Assembly: GCA_950097015.1 (NCBI GenBank)
Contig: CATNEN010000002.1
Coordinates: 9,114,001-9,178,000 of the forward strand
Origin: Macrostomum hystrix
Taxonomy: Eukaryota; Animalia; Platyhelminthes
Direction: 5' to 3'
Length of the DNA: 64,000 nt
Shown here: positions 12,901 through 24,900 of the stretch, in pieces
Layout: each line of letters opens with the position of its first letter
How positions within the stretch are numbered: position 1 is the first letter of the stretch
The notes under the pieces: model-generated
What the model was told of the DNA's origin: nothing
Seen by the model: the letters and a program-made list of their open reading frames with translations, nothing else
Database searches by the model: none
Translations under genes and position numbers: made by a program

Positions 12901-15900
12901 CGGCCTGACCCGAAGGCCGTCTCTGCGGACTGCGGAGACCTTGCATGCTGACAAGGAGAACATCGCCAAGAGGATGGACGAGGTCGACAATCAATTCGAG
13001 CAGCTGGTGCTGATGGCCAACAACCGGGCTGGCGATTTGCAGGTGAGGCAGCGGAAATTTCAGTCAGCTGATTTAGATTTCAGTCAGCTGATGCAGATTT
13101 CAGTCAGCTGATTTAGATTTCAGTCAGCTGATTTAGATTTCAGTCAGCTGATGCAGATTTCAGTCAGCTGATTTAGATTTCAGTCAGCTGATTTAGACTT
13201 CAGTCGGCTGATTTAGATTTCAGTCAGCTGATGCAGATTTCAGTCAGCTGATGCAGATTTCAGTCAGCTGATTTAGATTTCAGTCAGCTGATTTAGATTT
13301 CAGTCAGCTGATGCAGATTTCAGTCAGCTGATTTAGATTTCAGTCAGCTGATTTAGATTTCAGTCAGCTGATGCAGATTTCAGTCAGCTGATGCAGATTT
13401 CAGTCAGCTGATTTAGATTTCAGTCAGCTGATGCAGATTTCAGTCAGCTGATTTAGATTTCAGTCAGCTGATTTAGACTTCAGTCAGCTGATTTAGATTT
13501 CAGTCAGCTGATGCAGATTTCAGTCAGCTGATGCAGATTTCAGTCAGCTGATGCAGATTTCAGTCAGCTGATTTAGATTTCAGTCAGCTGATTTAGATTT
13601 CAGTCTGCTGATTTAGATTTCAGTCAGCTGATTTAGATTTCAGTCAGCTGATTTAGATTTCAGTCTGCTGATTTAGATTTCAGTCAGCTGATTTAGATTT
13701 CAGTCAGCTGATTTAGATTTCAGTTAGAAGATGCTTAATAATCAGCTGTTAACAGTTTCCCGTAAATGTTTTTTTACAATAGAAAGACACCCTCCCGCCC
13801 TCCCACCTCAGGACTCGGCCAGGCAGTACCAGTTCTTTCAGCTGGCCCTGGCTTTCCAGTCCTGGCTGTCGGATAAGGAGGCCGTGTTCGCCGCTGAGGA
13901 GTCGCTAGCCGACAATTCTGCTGCCATCAAGAAGCGCTACGAGAAGCACTTCCAGGAGATGGCAGCCAACAAGGCGCGCCTGGACGAGATCGACCAACTG
14001 GCCAAGGAGCTGCTGACAGAGCCGGCGAAATCTGCGGATATGAAGTCAGCTTTGAAGACCGGACAGGACAGGTGAGAATGCACTTTTTAAGTTTGTTCTT
14101 ATTCCCTTTAAAAAAAATGTACTTTTAAATTATTTAAATGTACTTTTCTATGCAAAAATATTTTTGCTTAACATCATACTTTACATACTACTCATCTCTG
14201 ATAGTATGTTTTCATAATACTGGCTAATATTTATTTATTTCCCTAGTGTACTTTTAAGTTGACGTGTACTTGTACGAAAAATGTACTATAATTAATCTCG
14301 TCCAATCTAAAACTGCAGTGTCGTTGACCGAGATCGAGTTAAGAATGTTCACCAAGATATTATGACAAGGTTAGTGATTACATCTGATTTTAATTATTGC
14401 CCTGTCAAAATGTGGGCCCTCAAAAACATGCACAATAGCAATAAATCCTAACTATTTGCAGATGGGAACGCTTAAACAAACTCAAGATTGCAAAGGAGAA
14501 GAAGCTGGCAGATTCCTCTAGGTGAGCTTTAAAAAGTCTACTGAAATTCTTAGCCAACCATAAACTACTGAAAGTAGGCTAAAATGCATGCGAATATTCG
14601 CCAATCTGTTTTCTAGCATTGAGCGCTTCGCCAAGCGCGCCCAGGAGGCCAAGGATCAGCTCGAGGAGAAGCGGGACCTCCTGGCCGAGTTCGTTGACCT
14701 AGGCTTCGATCAGGCCGCCAACGCCGGCCTAATCACCCGGCACAAGAACCTGCTGCGTGACTTGGACCTGCTGCGCAAACGAGTCGCCGAGCTGGACTAC
14801 GAGGGCCGCGCCATCAAGGAGGTCCATCCTGGCGAGGCTGCCTTCATTGACCAAAAACTCGGACAGCTGCATAAACTGCTGGATGAGGTGCGGCCCGTCA
14901 TCATCCCGTCCCTCTCCCACCCCTCTTTACCATAGACTACAAATCCCCCACCCCAACTCAACCCTCCCCGCTCAGGTGTCGGCCCTGGCCAATCAGCGTG
15001 ACGCCGACCTGTCCAACAAGCGCGACAAGCTGGCACTCGAAGCCGCCGCCAAAAAGGCCATGGACGAGCTGGAGAACGCCATCGAGGCCGTCCTGAGCAG
15101 CACCGCCTCCCTCCCAGACGGCTCCAACCGCAAGCGGCGGCCAACCCTGGGCGACATCTCCGACGAGGACATCGCCCACCTGCTGGCCCAGACTGAGGAT
15201 CTGGAGAAGGCGGTGGACAAACTGCTGGAGAAAAATCCCAATGATCCTCAGCTTCTAGCTTTGAAGGCCAAGCTGAAGGCGCGGCGCGAGGTAAAAACTG
15301 AGGATTTTCAGATTTCAGCACATATCTGAACGTTCATGACCTTCCTTGATGCCATCATCGCTATCATCGCCCCCTCAGGAGCTGGAGGCCGCCCAGGAAA
15401 AACGAAAGCGCGAACGCGACAACGCCGAGAATCTGCGCAAATACCTGCGCTCCGCCGACCAGCTGCTGACCAAGCTGAACAGCGTCGACACCCGCCTGGG
15501 CAACCTGCAGCCCGCCGACACCCCCGATCAGCTCCGGGCTCAGCTGACAGAGCTCGAGAGCGCAGCGGCCAAGCTCGACCAGTACGCCGAGACGGCTGAG
15601 GATCTCGCCGACCGCGGCAAGACCGTCCGAGCCACCTGCCAGCCTGCCGACGTCGAGAAGGTCGACGCCCGTATGCGTGCCCTTGACGAAGCCGTTGTCA
15701 AAGCCAAGGCGCGCTGCCACGCCAAGCGGGACGAGCTGCAGTCGGCCGCCGAGTTCGCCAGCTTCAAGGACCGAGCTGACGAGCTGGCCGAGTGGCTGGC
15801 CGAGAAGCGCATCACCGCGGAGGACCGGTCCCACCGGGACCTGGCCAACCTGCCGTCCAAGAAGCAGCGCCACCGTGCCTTCGAGGCCGAGTTAGCCGCC

Positions 15901-18900
15901 CACAAACCCACACTGGAAGGCCTTCGAAAAGTAAGCATTGATGTTGATATGGAGGGACAAAGACTACACTTTGGTGGACCTGGCATGGACAAAGGCTACA
16001 CTGTGTCTGGTCCTGGCATGGACAAAGACTACACTGTGTCTTGCCCTGGCATGGACAAAGACTACACTGTGTCTGGTCTACAATAATCACCACATAGTAT
16101 ACATTGTAGTCTATGTAGTGATTAATTCGTGAATTAGCTAATCACAAAGACCGACATCCCCCTCGGCCCGCATCACAGGACGCAGCGGACATGCAGGCGA
16201 TGAAGCACCCAAAGTCGGCGCAGGCGCAGGCCTACATGGAGCGGCTCGACAAGGCCTGGCGCGAGCTAGAGGACAAGACCGGGCAGAAGGGCGCCGAAAT
16301 TGACGAAGCTCTGCAAGAGGATGAGCTGCTGAAGGAGCTGAGCGAATGCGGCGACCTGCTCGACCGGCTGGACCGAGAGGCCGGTCGCACTGACGACGGC
16401 AAGGACCTCCGCAGTGCCAGGAACATGCTGGATAGGCAGAAGGTGAGCCGGCAGAGCATTCACAAGAAATGCGCATCACCCTACTCACGGAGTCAGAGAT
16501 CAGTAGTATAAAGCAGTAAATTGTTCCCTCAAACAATTGCAGAGCATGGAGGCCAGCCTGGGCCAGTGTGGCAAGCAGCTGGCCGACTTGGCCAAGCGCG
16601 GTGATTCGCTAGCCAAGCGGGGCCACTACGATGCTGACAAGATTCAGCAGGCCGTGCGGGACCGGCTAGCTGCGCTGAGCCGTCTGGAGCCCAAGATGGC
16701 GCAACGCCGCGCCCAGCTGGAGGAGGCGCTGGCCTACAGGCAGCTGGAGTTCGACAAGGAGCGCGAGGCCCAGTGGATTGACGAGCACTCGCCGAGAGCT
16801 CCGCAGGACGGCCAGTCAGACTGGCTGGGCCGCAGTCTGGATGAGGCGCAGATGCTGAAGCAGAAGCATGGCAACCTGCAGCACGAGGTGGACAACCACC
16901 GCCCTGCATTCGAGAAGGTGAATTTCTGTTGGAATTAAGCTTTCGATCAGTTGATTTTCTAAAATATCAAATTATCAAATTCGACGATTTTTTACAATGA
17001 CAAAAAATCCTGAAAAAAACAGAAAGATAAAATCCCCAGTCCAAAGATTTCCCACAGTGAGAAAATCCCCAGTCCACAGGTTTCCCACAATGAGAAAATC
17101 CCCAGTCCACTGGTTTCCCACAATTAAAAATCCTAATTAGTGTGTCTCCCACAATGTGCGATTCCCAAGTTCGTCAATTTCGTAACGGGGATATATTTTG
17201 TTGATCCATTCATAGTATCTGAAGACTCCTGCATCCCGCTCGTCCCGTCACTATCGCGCAGGTCCTGTCCGCTGCCAAGCAGCTCGCGGGCGCTGGCGGT
17301 CGCTACGCCAAGCCGGCAGCCGAGCTGGCCGACAATCTGCGCAGCCGCATCGGCCGCCTGGAGCAGTCTCTGGTGGCCCGGGACCGTCAGCTCCAGGCTG
17401 CCGTGGCTGTTCAGCAATACGCTGCCGACCTCGGTGACCTGGACCAGCGCCTGGCCGACTGCAGCATGGTGCTGAGCACACTGCCCGAAGCCAAGGATCC
17501 CGCAGCTGTGGACAAGAATCTGAAGAAGCTAGCCGCAGTAGAAGAGGAGCTGGCTTCGGTCAGGGGACAGCTAGCCGACCTGGGAAAGCGGGGGGGTCAG
17601 CTGGGCAGCGCACCGGAGCTGGACTGGCTGGTTGCCAGGTAATTTGCTGGTTGCTACCAAAATCAGGTGTTAGATAAGTTTCTGATCAATCAATGTTTTA
17701 AACCGTTACTTCCAAAACCGTTACGTTCAAAACTGTTACCTTCAAAGCCGTTACTTTCAAAACCGTTACTTTCAAAATCGATACTTTCAAAACCGTTCAT
17801 TTCAAAATCGTTACTTTCATAAATCGTTACGTTTACAACCTGCTTCTATAATCAATACTTTTACAGCCGTTATTATCAGTAATATTCAATATTATCAGTA
17901 ACTATTTTACTAATGGATTGTCTCTGATCTTATTAATTATTGTTGTCTAGAAAGACCGCAGTATAGACACACCCGATATGTATCGAAAATTGTGAATCTC
18001 AACCAATTCACAGGCACTCCGACCTAGAGGCCAAGTTGGCCGACCTCAGCAAGCGGTCGCGCGCCGAGCGCAAGGAGCTGTCTGGCCGGCGCGACTACTC
18101 GCGCTACCTGCAGGAAATCTTCGACGCGCGCGAATGGATCGACAGCCAGCTGATGGCGGCGGCGTCGCAGGACTACGGCACCGACTTTGATCATTGCCGA
18201 CAGCTGCAGGCCGCATTCGACCAGTTCGCAGCCAACGTGGCGCCCGGACAGGCCAAGGTGGCCGCTTTGACCAGCCGGGCCGAGGCTCTGATCTCCGGCG
18301 GCAATCCGAACGCTGCCGACATTCTGAAGAAGGCGCGCGATCTGGAGGACTACTGGGGACAGCTGGCCGCCTGCTTGGAGTCCCGGGAGAAAAATCTCGC
18401 CAAGGTGCGCGTCTGGAGTCCCTAGCTTTTTGTAATGATAAACTTCTCAAATCCCAAACTGCTCGAATTCCCAAAACTTCTCAATTCCTAAGGTTCTCAA
18501 ATCCCAAACTCCTAAAATTCCTAATAGTTCTCAAATCCCAAACTCTTAAAATTCCTAATAGTTCTCAAATCCCAAACTTCTCGAATTCCTGAAATTTCTA
18601 AAATCCTAAACTTCTCGAACTCCCAAAACTTCTCAAATCTTAAACTGCTTACATCCCAATCCAAACTTCTGAAATTCCTAAACGTTTTTAAATCTCAAAC
18701 TTCTCGAATTCCCTAAATTTCTAAAATGCTAAATTTCTCGAACTCCCAAAACTTCTCAAATCCCAAACTGCTTAAATCCTAAACTTCTGAAATTCCTAAA
18801 CGTTTTTAAATCTCAAACTTCTAGAATTCCCGAAATTTCTAAATGCTAAATTTCTCGAACTCCCAAAACTTCTCAAATCCCAAACTGCTTAAATCCCAAA

Positions 18901-21900
18901 CTTCTGAAATTCCTAAACGTTCTTAAATCTCAAACTTCTCGAATTTCCGAAATTTCTCAAACTTCTGAAATTCCAGTTCGCTCAAAATTTATTGCTTTTT
19001 AGCAGTCAAAACTAGAATTATCCTAAAATAATCAATCGCAAGACTTCTCAAACTTGACCTCGCACTCCCAATCTGCTCAGGCCCTGGAGATTCACGAGTA
19101 CAACAAAGACGTCAGCGAGTTCTGTCAACGCCTTGACGAGAAGAAGCGGTCAATTTCCATAGAGGTTGGGCGCGACCTCGAGGCGCTGGAGAAGCACACG
19201 AAGAAGCACGCGCTGTTCGTTGAAGAGCTGGGCCTGCTGGATGAAAGCCTTCGACAGCTGCGGGCCAGAGCTGGCGATCTGAAGGCTAAGCTTGACAAGG
19301 TAGGAAACGGAAACTCGTGCAGCAACCGTTGCTATGGTCACAAAGACAGCTGTTTCTAGGAATGCTCAGATAGTAACTGTTTCTAGGAATGCTCAGATAG
19401 TAACTGTTTCTAGGAATCCTCAGTTGGCGAGCGTTTTATAAGAATATTAAGTAGCCATCATTTCTCGGAAAGCTTTAATTGCAATGTTTTCTAGGAATGT
19501 TGTACGCTCGTAGATTAACCAAACATCCCCTTTTCTGCCCTCGTTTCCCAGGAAAACGCCGAACGCGTTGCTGATCGTCAGCAGGTGGTTGAGGACAAGT
19601 TCGACGAGCTGGAAGAGCTGCAGAAAGCCCGCTTCCGTCAGCTGGAGGAGGCGCACGAGTTCTTCGCTTTCATGAAGCAGAAGCAGGCCATTAAGTCGTG
19701 GATCGATGATGGAGTTTTAGAGATCGACAACCTCATGAGCCGGCCAGTGCAGCCGGACGAAATTGCCAGCTTCTGCGACCGGGCAGCCGAGATGAGCGAC
19801 CAACTCCGCGGCCGGCTTGGCGACGTCAAACAGCTGGCCGAGGAGGGCGAGTCGCTGTGCGATCAGGAGAGTGAATTCTCGGACGATGTAAGCGGCTGTC
19901 CGAATTTTGCTTTCTTAGCTTGCTGTAATTATTTGTGAAATTTAGCTTCAAAAGGTCATGAGTTCGAATCAAATAGGACTCATATCGAGCCCATAGATAC
20001 TCGTACTTATCAAGTTACTTTTAAGATATTATCAAGTATCTATGGTCAAGGTCAAAGGTCAACGATATGTAAACAATAAGCTCAAAAGCTCAAAGGTCAA
20101 CGATATGTAAACAATAAGCTATTGCGTGACCTAACCTGTAGTGTCATCGATATGTATTGAAAAACCTATGTGCTGTTCATCCATCTAAATTCTGACCCAT
20201 ATTCATAAAAGGTATTGAAAAAAAATTGTTGATGTTGGACATAACCTGTGGTGTCGCAGATATGTATTGAAAAAAGATTTTTTGGTAGAAATTATGGTTT
20301 TTCTAGCTCGCACAAAAGTCTCCTTGTGGTCTAACCTTTAAAAATTATTAATTTACTATCTACTTACTAACTCTTGGCGCACAATGCAGACCACAGTGAT
20401 GTGGGCCATCTCGCAATTGGTAAATCGCTGTTGCTTGTTGTCGATGAAAAAATTGTTCACATTTTTTTCTCTTTGTTCAAGATCTAGTTCTTGACGTTGG
20501 CAATTTTCGTCATTGTTTTCTGATCCTTTTCACCTGTTCGGTGTTTGCCTACAGCTTGTACTGTTCAATTTTTGCTTGGACTCTTGAGGAAAGCGACTAA
20601 ACAATTTAGCTTTTATTCACACACCATTCAATTTTTTTCGTTTTGAGTAAATTACAATTAGTGATCACCAAACCGATATGTATAGAAAATTGTTACTAGT
20701 CCATGAAAGAAATAGAAAAACAATTTCTGAAAACACTCTTCCTAAAAATTCTATCAAAGATCTACTTTCCCCCGATTCTCCGAATCTCCCCGATATGTAT
20801 ATAAAAATTCGAATTCATTCATAAATCAATAAAACTTATTCGCTGTCTGTTCAGATTGGCCGGGCAGTGGACGACGTCATCGGAATGAAGGAGACGGTGG
20901 AGGACCGTCTGGCCCGCCTGGCCGACTACCTGGCCTGCCTGCGAGCGTTTGGCGACTTCGCCGACAAAACCCAGCCGCTGGTGAAGATCATGAACAAGCT
21001 GGAGCACCGAGTGTCGATTATGCCGTCTGGCAGCTCGCTTGAGCAGGTGGCCAAGATTACCCAGGACTTGGACGCCCTGCGTGCCATCTACGAAAAGAAC
21101 TCGCCCCGGCTGGCCGGCTGCCGAGAAGCCGCGGCCAAAGCTACCGCCCTTATGAAGCCCGGCCACCCGCTGCTGGACCAGGTAAGCTTCTGTTTGGCTG
21201 GCTCCGATCCTAAATTATCCCAAATTAGAGAGCAGAGTTAGAAACCCACTGGCTGTGGGTCTAGTGTCACCAATTGATGCGCCATTGCTCGCAGCCCTCC
21301 TGCAAATTACTATTGTTTTAATAATTTGAGCGAGATGTGCAGCCGTTCAGTCCTGTGGCTGACACTCCCAGCGAATTTTCTATCCGAACTTTGAGATAGG
21401 ATTCGAACTCCCGACGTCTCTGTCAGAATTCCGAAGCTTCTCACCCGGCTGCAAGTTGGTTCGGGGATTAAACAAGTTCTAATCTTCAAACCTACCTGCA
21501 TTCTCAGGTGAACGACCGCCTCAAATCGGCAGAGCAGCTGGTCGCTCGCGTTGGTGCCAGCATCGACCGCAGCCGAGCCGATCTGGCCGACCAGCGCCGC
21601 TACCTGGCCTTCGTTGTGGACAACATCGAGCTGGGCGACTTTATCAAGGCCCAGCAGGCGCTCATTGCTGCCACCACATCGTCGGCGAAGGCGCCCGCGG
21701 CCGCAGCCGCCGCATACGCTGACGCCAATAGGTCCAAGTCGGAGCAGCTACGCCGCCTGCAGGATCGCAAGGACGCCGTGGATGGTCATCGGCAGCGCAT
21801 CGAGAATCACATCGCCTACGGCCACGAGATGGTCGCCGGCGCCGCTGTTCCAACAGGGTCGGCCGCTGCCAAGGCTGTCGCTCCGGACGTCTCTGAACGG

Positions 21901-24900
21901 GTTCACCGCATCGCCGACGAGTGGGCGAAGCTGCTGCGCCTCTGCGCCGAACAGGAGGCCGCGCTGGAGTCCGCGCGCACCTTCCTTCGCTTCCTGGAGG
22001 ACTGCGACAAGGCCCAGGCTGCGCTGCTGAAGGTCAAGCCGATGCTGGACTCGTACAAGAGCGACGAGAAGGACACCGAGCTGGACAATTACCTGTACGA
22101 TGCGCTGCAGCAGCTCACGGTGGATCAGGTAGATAAACTTGACTGCATATTTTCATATTCAATGTTACTTTCTTTCACATTCTTTCTGTTTTTTCCCAAT
22201 TTTATACCACCTAATGTTCCATTATCCCCTCAGCTTCGGTGTTATCCCCTCAGCTTCAGTGTTATCCCCTCAGCTTCAGTGTTATCTCCTCAGCTTCAGT
22301 GTTATCCCCTCATCTTCAGTGTTATCCCCTCAGCTTCAGTGTTATCCCCTCAGCTTCAGTGTTATCCCCTCATCTTCAGTGTTATCCCCTCAGCCTCAGT
22401 GTTATCTCCTCAGCTTCAGTGTTATCCCCTCAGCTTCCGCGTTATCCTCTTAGCTTAATCCCCTGAAGCTAGAGATTCGTCAGAACATTTTCCCATGCCT
22501 CCCAAACCTCGCCTAAATCAGGATCGTGTGGAACGCCTGAAGTTGGAGGCCGCCAGTCTGCAGCGCGATCGGGCAGCTGGCGACGCCGACTCCATCGCTA
22601 TCAGACGCCGCTGCGACAAAGTTGTTCAGCTCTGGGGCGAGGTGAAGCCTCGCCTGGCCCTGTGCCGTCAGGAACTGGCCGCCAAAGTGAAGTTTCACCG
22701 GTTCAGCAACACGGCTGAGCAGCTGCACCAGGAGATGACCCGCCTGACCGAGTCTCTGGCCAAGGCGTTCCCGCCCGGCCGCTGCTCGGATCTGAAGGCT
22801 GTCGGCGAGCTAATCAAGCGGAATAACGCCGTCCGTGACACGGACCTCAAGAAGTTCGCCCAGCTGCTGATGCCGATGAAGGAGATCATGGAGGAATTCC
22901 AGGTGAGTTCGATTGTCTCATTGGCCTACTGCTGCTCCTGTACTGCTAAACCACTCAAATCACGGAAATTATTTATTTTTCGCGTTGCTTCCAAAAGCTC
23001 TTTCATGTTCAGTCCATGGACTTGGGGATGGGGCTGTACTTCAGCTGATGCTAATACCAATTTTTTGCCGAAAACGCTGAGTAATTTATTACTTACTTTT
23101 ATTAAAATTCGAACTCCGGACCCTCTTGGTCTAAAGTCTGAAGCCCTAACCACTTTTCTTCATCTCCATTCTCTTCCAATCTCACAGTGAACTTTAAACA
23201 GTAAAGATTTGCCGATATGTATCGAAAAGTGCATATTCCCCACTATACCCAACCCAGGCGGCAAGCATCTATCCGCAGACGCGGCAGACCTGCGCCAGCC
23301 TGCAATCCGAGCTAGACGAGCTCCGCAGCCTCTGCGCGACCAGGGACCGCGAATTGCAGGACGAGCGACGTTTTGCCGCCTTTGTCGACGGCGTCAATCA
23401 GTTCTGCTCCTGGGCCGTAGAATTCGAGCAGCGTCTCGCCGATGAGGCAGCCCAGGCTACGTTCACCAGCGAAGCCGTCGAGCAGCGACAGGCGCGCAAT
23501 CGAGATCGCAGCTCGATCGTGGGCCATCAGCTGGAGTCAGTCGAGTATCTCCGAGGTCGCGCTGTCGACCTCGCCGGCCTGGGCGACGCCTACGCCGAGG
23601 CGGTGGCGGAGCCTCGCGATCGACTGGAGGCTAGCCGGCAGCGTCTGAAGGCCTTCTTCGATCAGCACACCAAGGATCTCGTCGAGGACGCAGTGTACGC
23701 AGCCTTCTTGCATGCGACGCAGCGTCTCCGGCGCGGGCTGCAAGTGAGCTAATTATGCTTCTGCTCAAGCTCCTCATGCGCGCTACGCCTCACGGCTTAC
23801 CCTGACACCTCAGAGCCTACCCTGACACCTCAGAGCCTACCCTGACACCTCAGAGCCTACCCTGACACTTCAGAGCCTACCCTGACACCTCAGAGCCTAC
23901 CCTGACACCTCAGAGCCTTCCCTGACACCTCAGAGCCTTCCCTGACACCTCAGAGCCTACCCTGACACCTCAGAGCTTTCCTTGACACCTCAGAGCCTTC
24001 CCTGACACCTCAGAGCCTTCACTGACACCTCAGAGCCTTCCCTGACACCTCAGAGCCTACCCTGACACCTCAGAGCCTTCCCTGATACCTCAGAGCCTTC
24101 CTTGACTATTTACTGACTTTGTCTCCGCACTGGCCCCACCGCCCCCCAGTCGCTAGACGCGCGTCTCCGCGAGCCGGGCGCCCTGCCCCTGCACTCAGAG
24201 CTCCGCCAGCTGCGCGACTCCCTCGACGACTGCAAGGGGACTCACAAGAACCGCCTGGCAGAGAATCGCCATCTGCCGAAGTACCGCAGCGAAATAACTG
24301 AACTGAAACAACTCGTCAACTCGGCTGCCGAGCTTAACAGCTCCGTTGCTAAGCGACACGCCGCTCTAGACAAGCTTGCCGCCTACCTGCAGCACTGCGA
24401 CAACTACCGCTCCAGGCTGGACGCCAAGCGGGTCACAATCGATGAGCCGTTCGACGATGCGGACGTAAACCGAAAGCTGATGAAGAAATTCGCCACCTTG
24501 CAGACGGAGGTGCAGGGCTACGGCAAGCAGCTGGACCAGCTGGCCGAGGAGGGCTCGGAGCTCGGCGAGATCCTGGAGCCGTCTAACCAACAGATTGTCA
24601 GCGACCGCCTGGAAGAACTGCGGCGACTGCTGACCACGGCTGACGAGAGGCGAGTTGGCAGCTTCATCAAGCATCATTCAGGCCCCATCCAGCTTCATCC
24701 AGCATCATTCAGGCCTCACCCAGCTTCATCCAGCATCATTCAGCTTCATTCAGGCCTCATTCAGCTTCATTCAGGCCTCACCCAGCTTCATTCAGGCCCC
24801 ATCCAGCTTCATTCAGGCCCCATCCAGCTTCATTTAGGCCTCATCCAGCTTCATTCAGGCCTCATCCAGCATCATTCAGGCCTCATCCAGCATCATTCAG

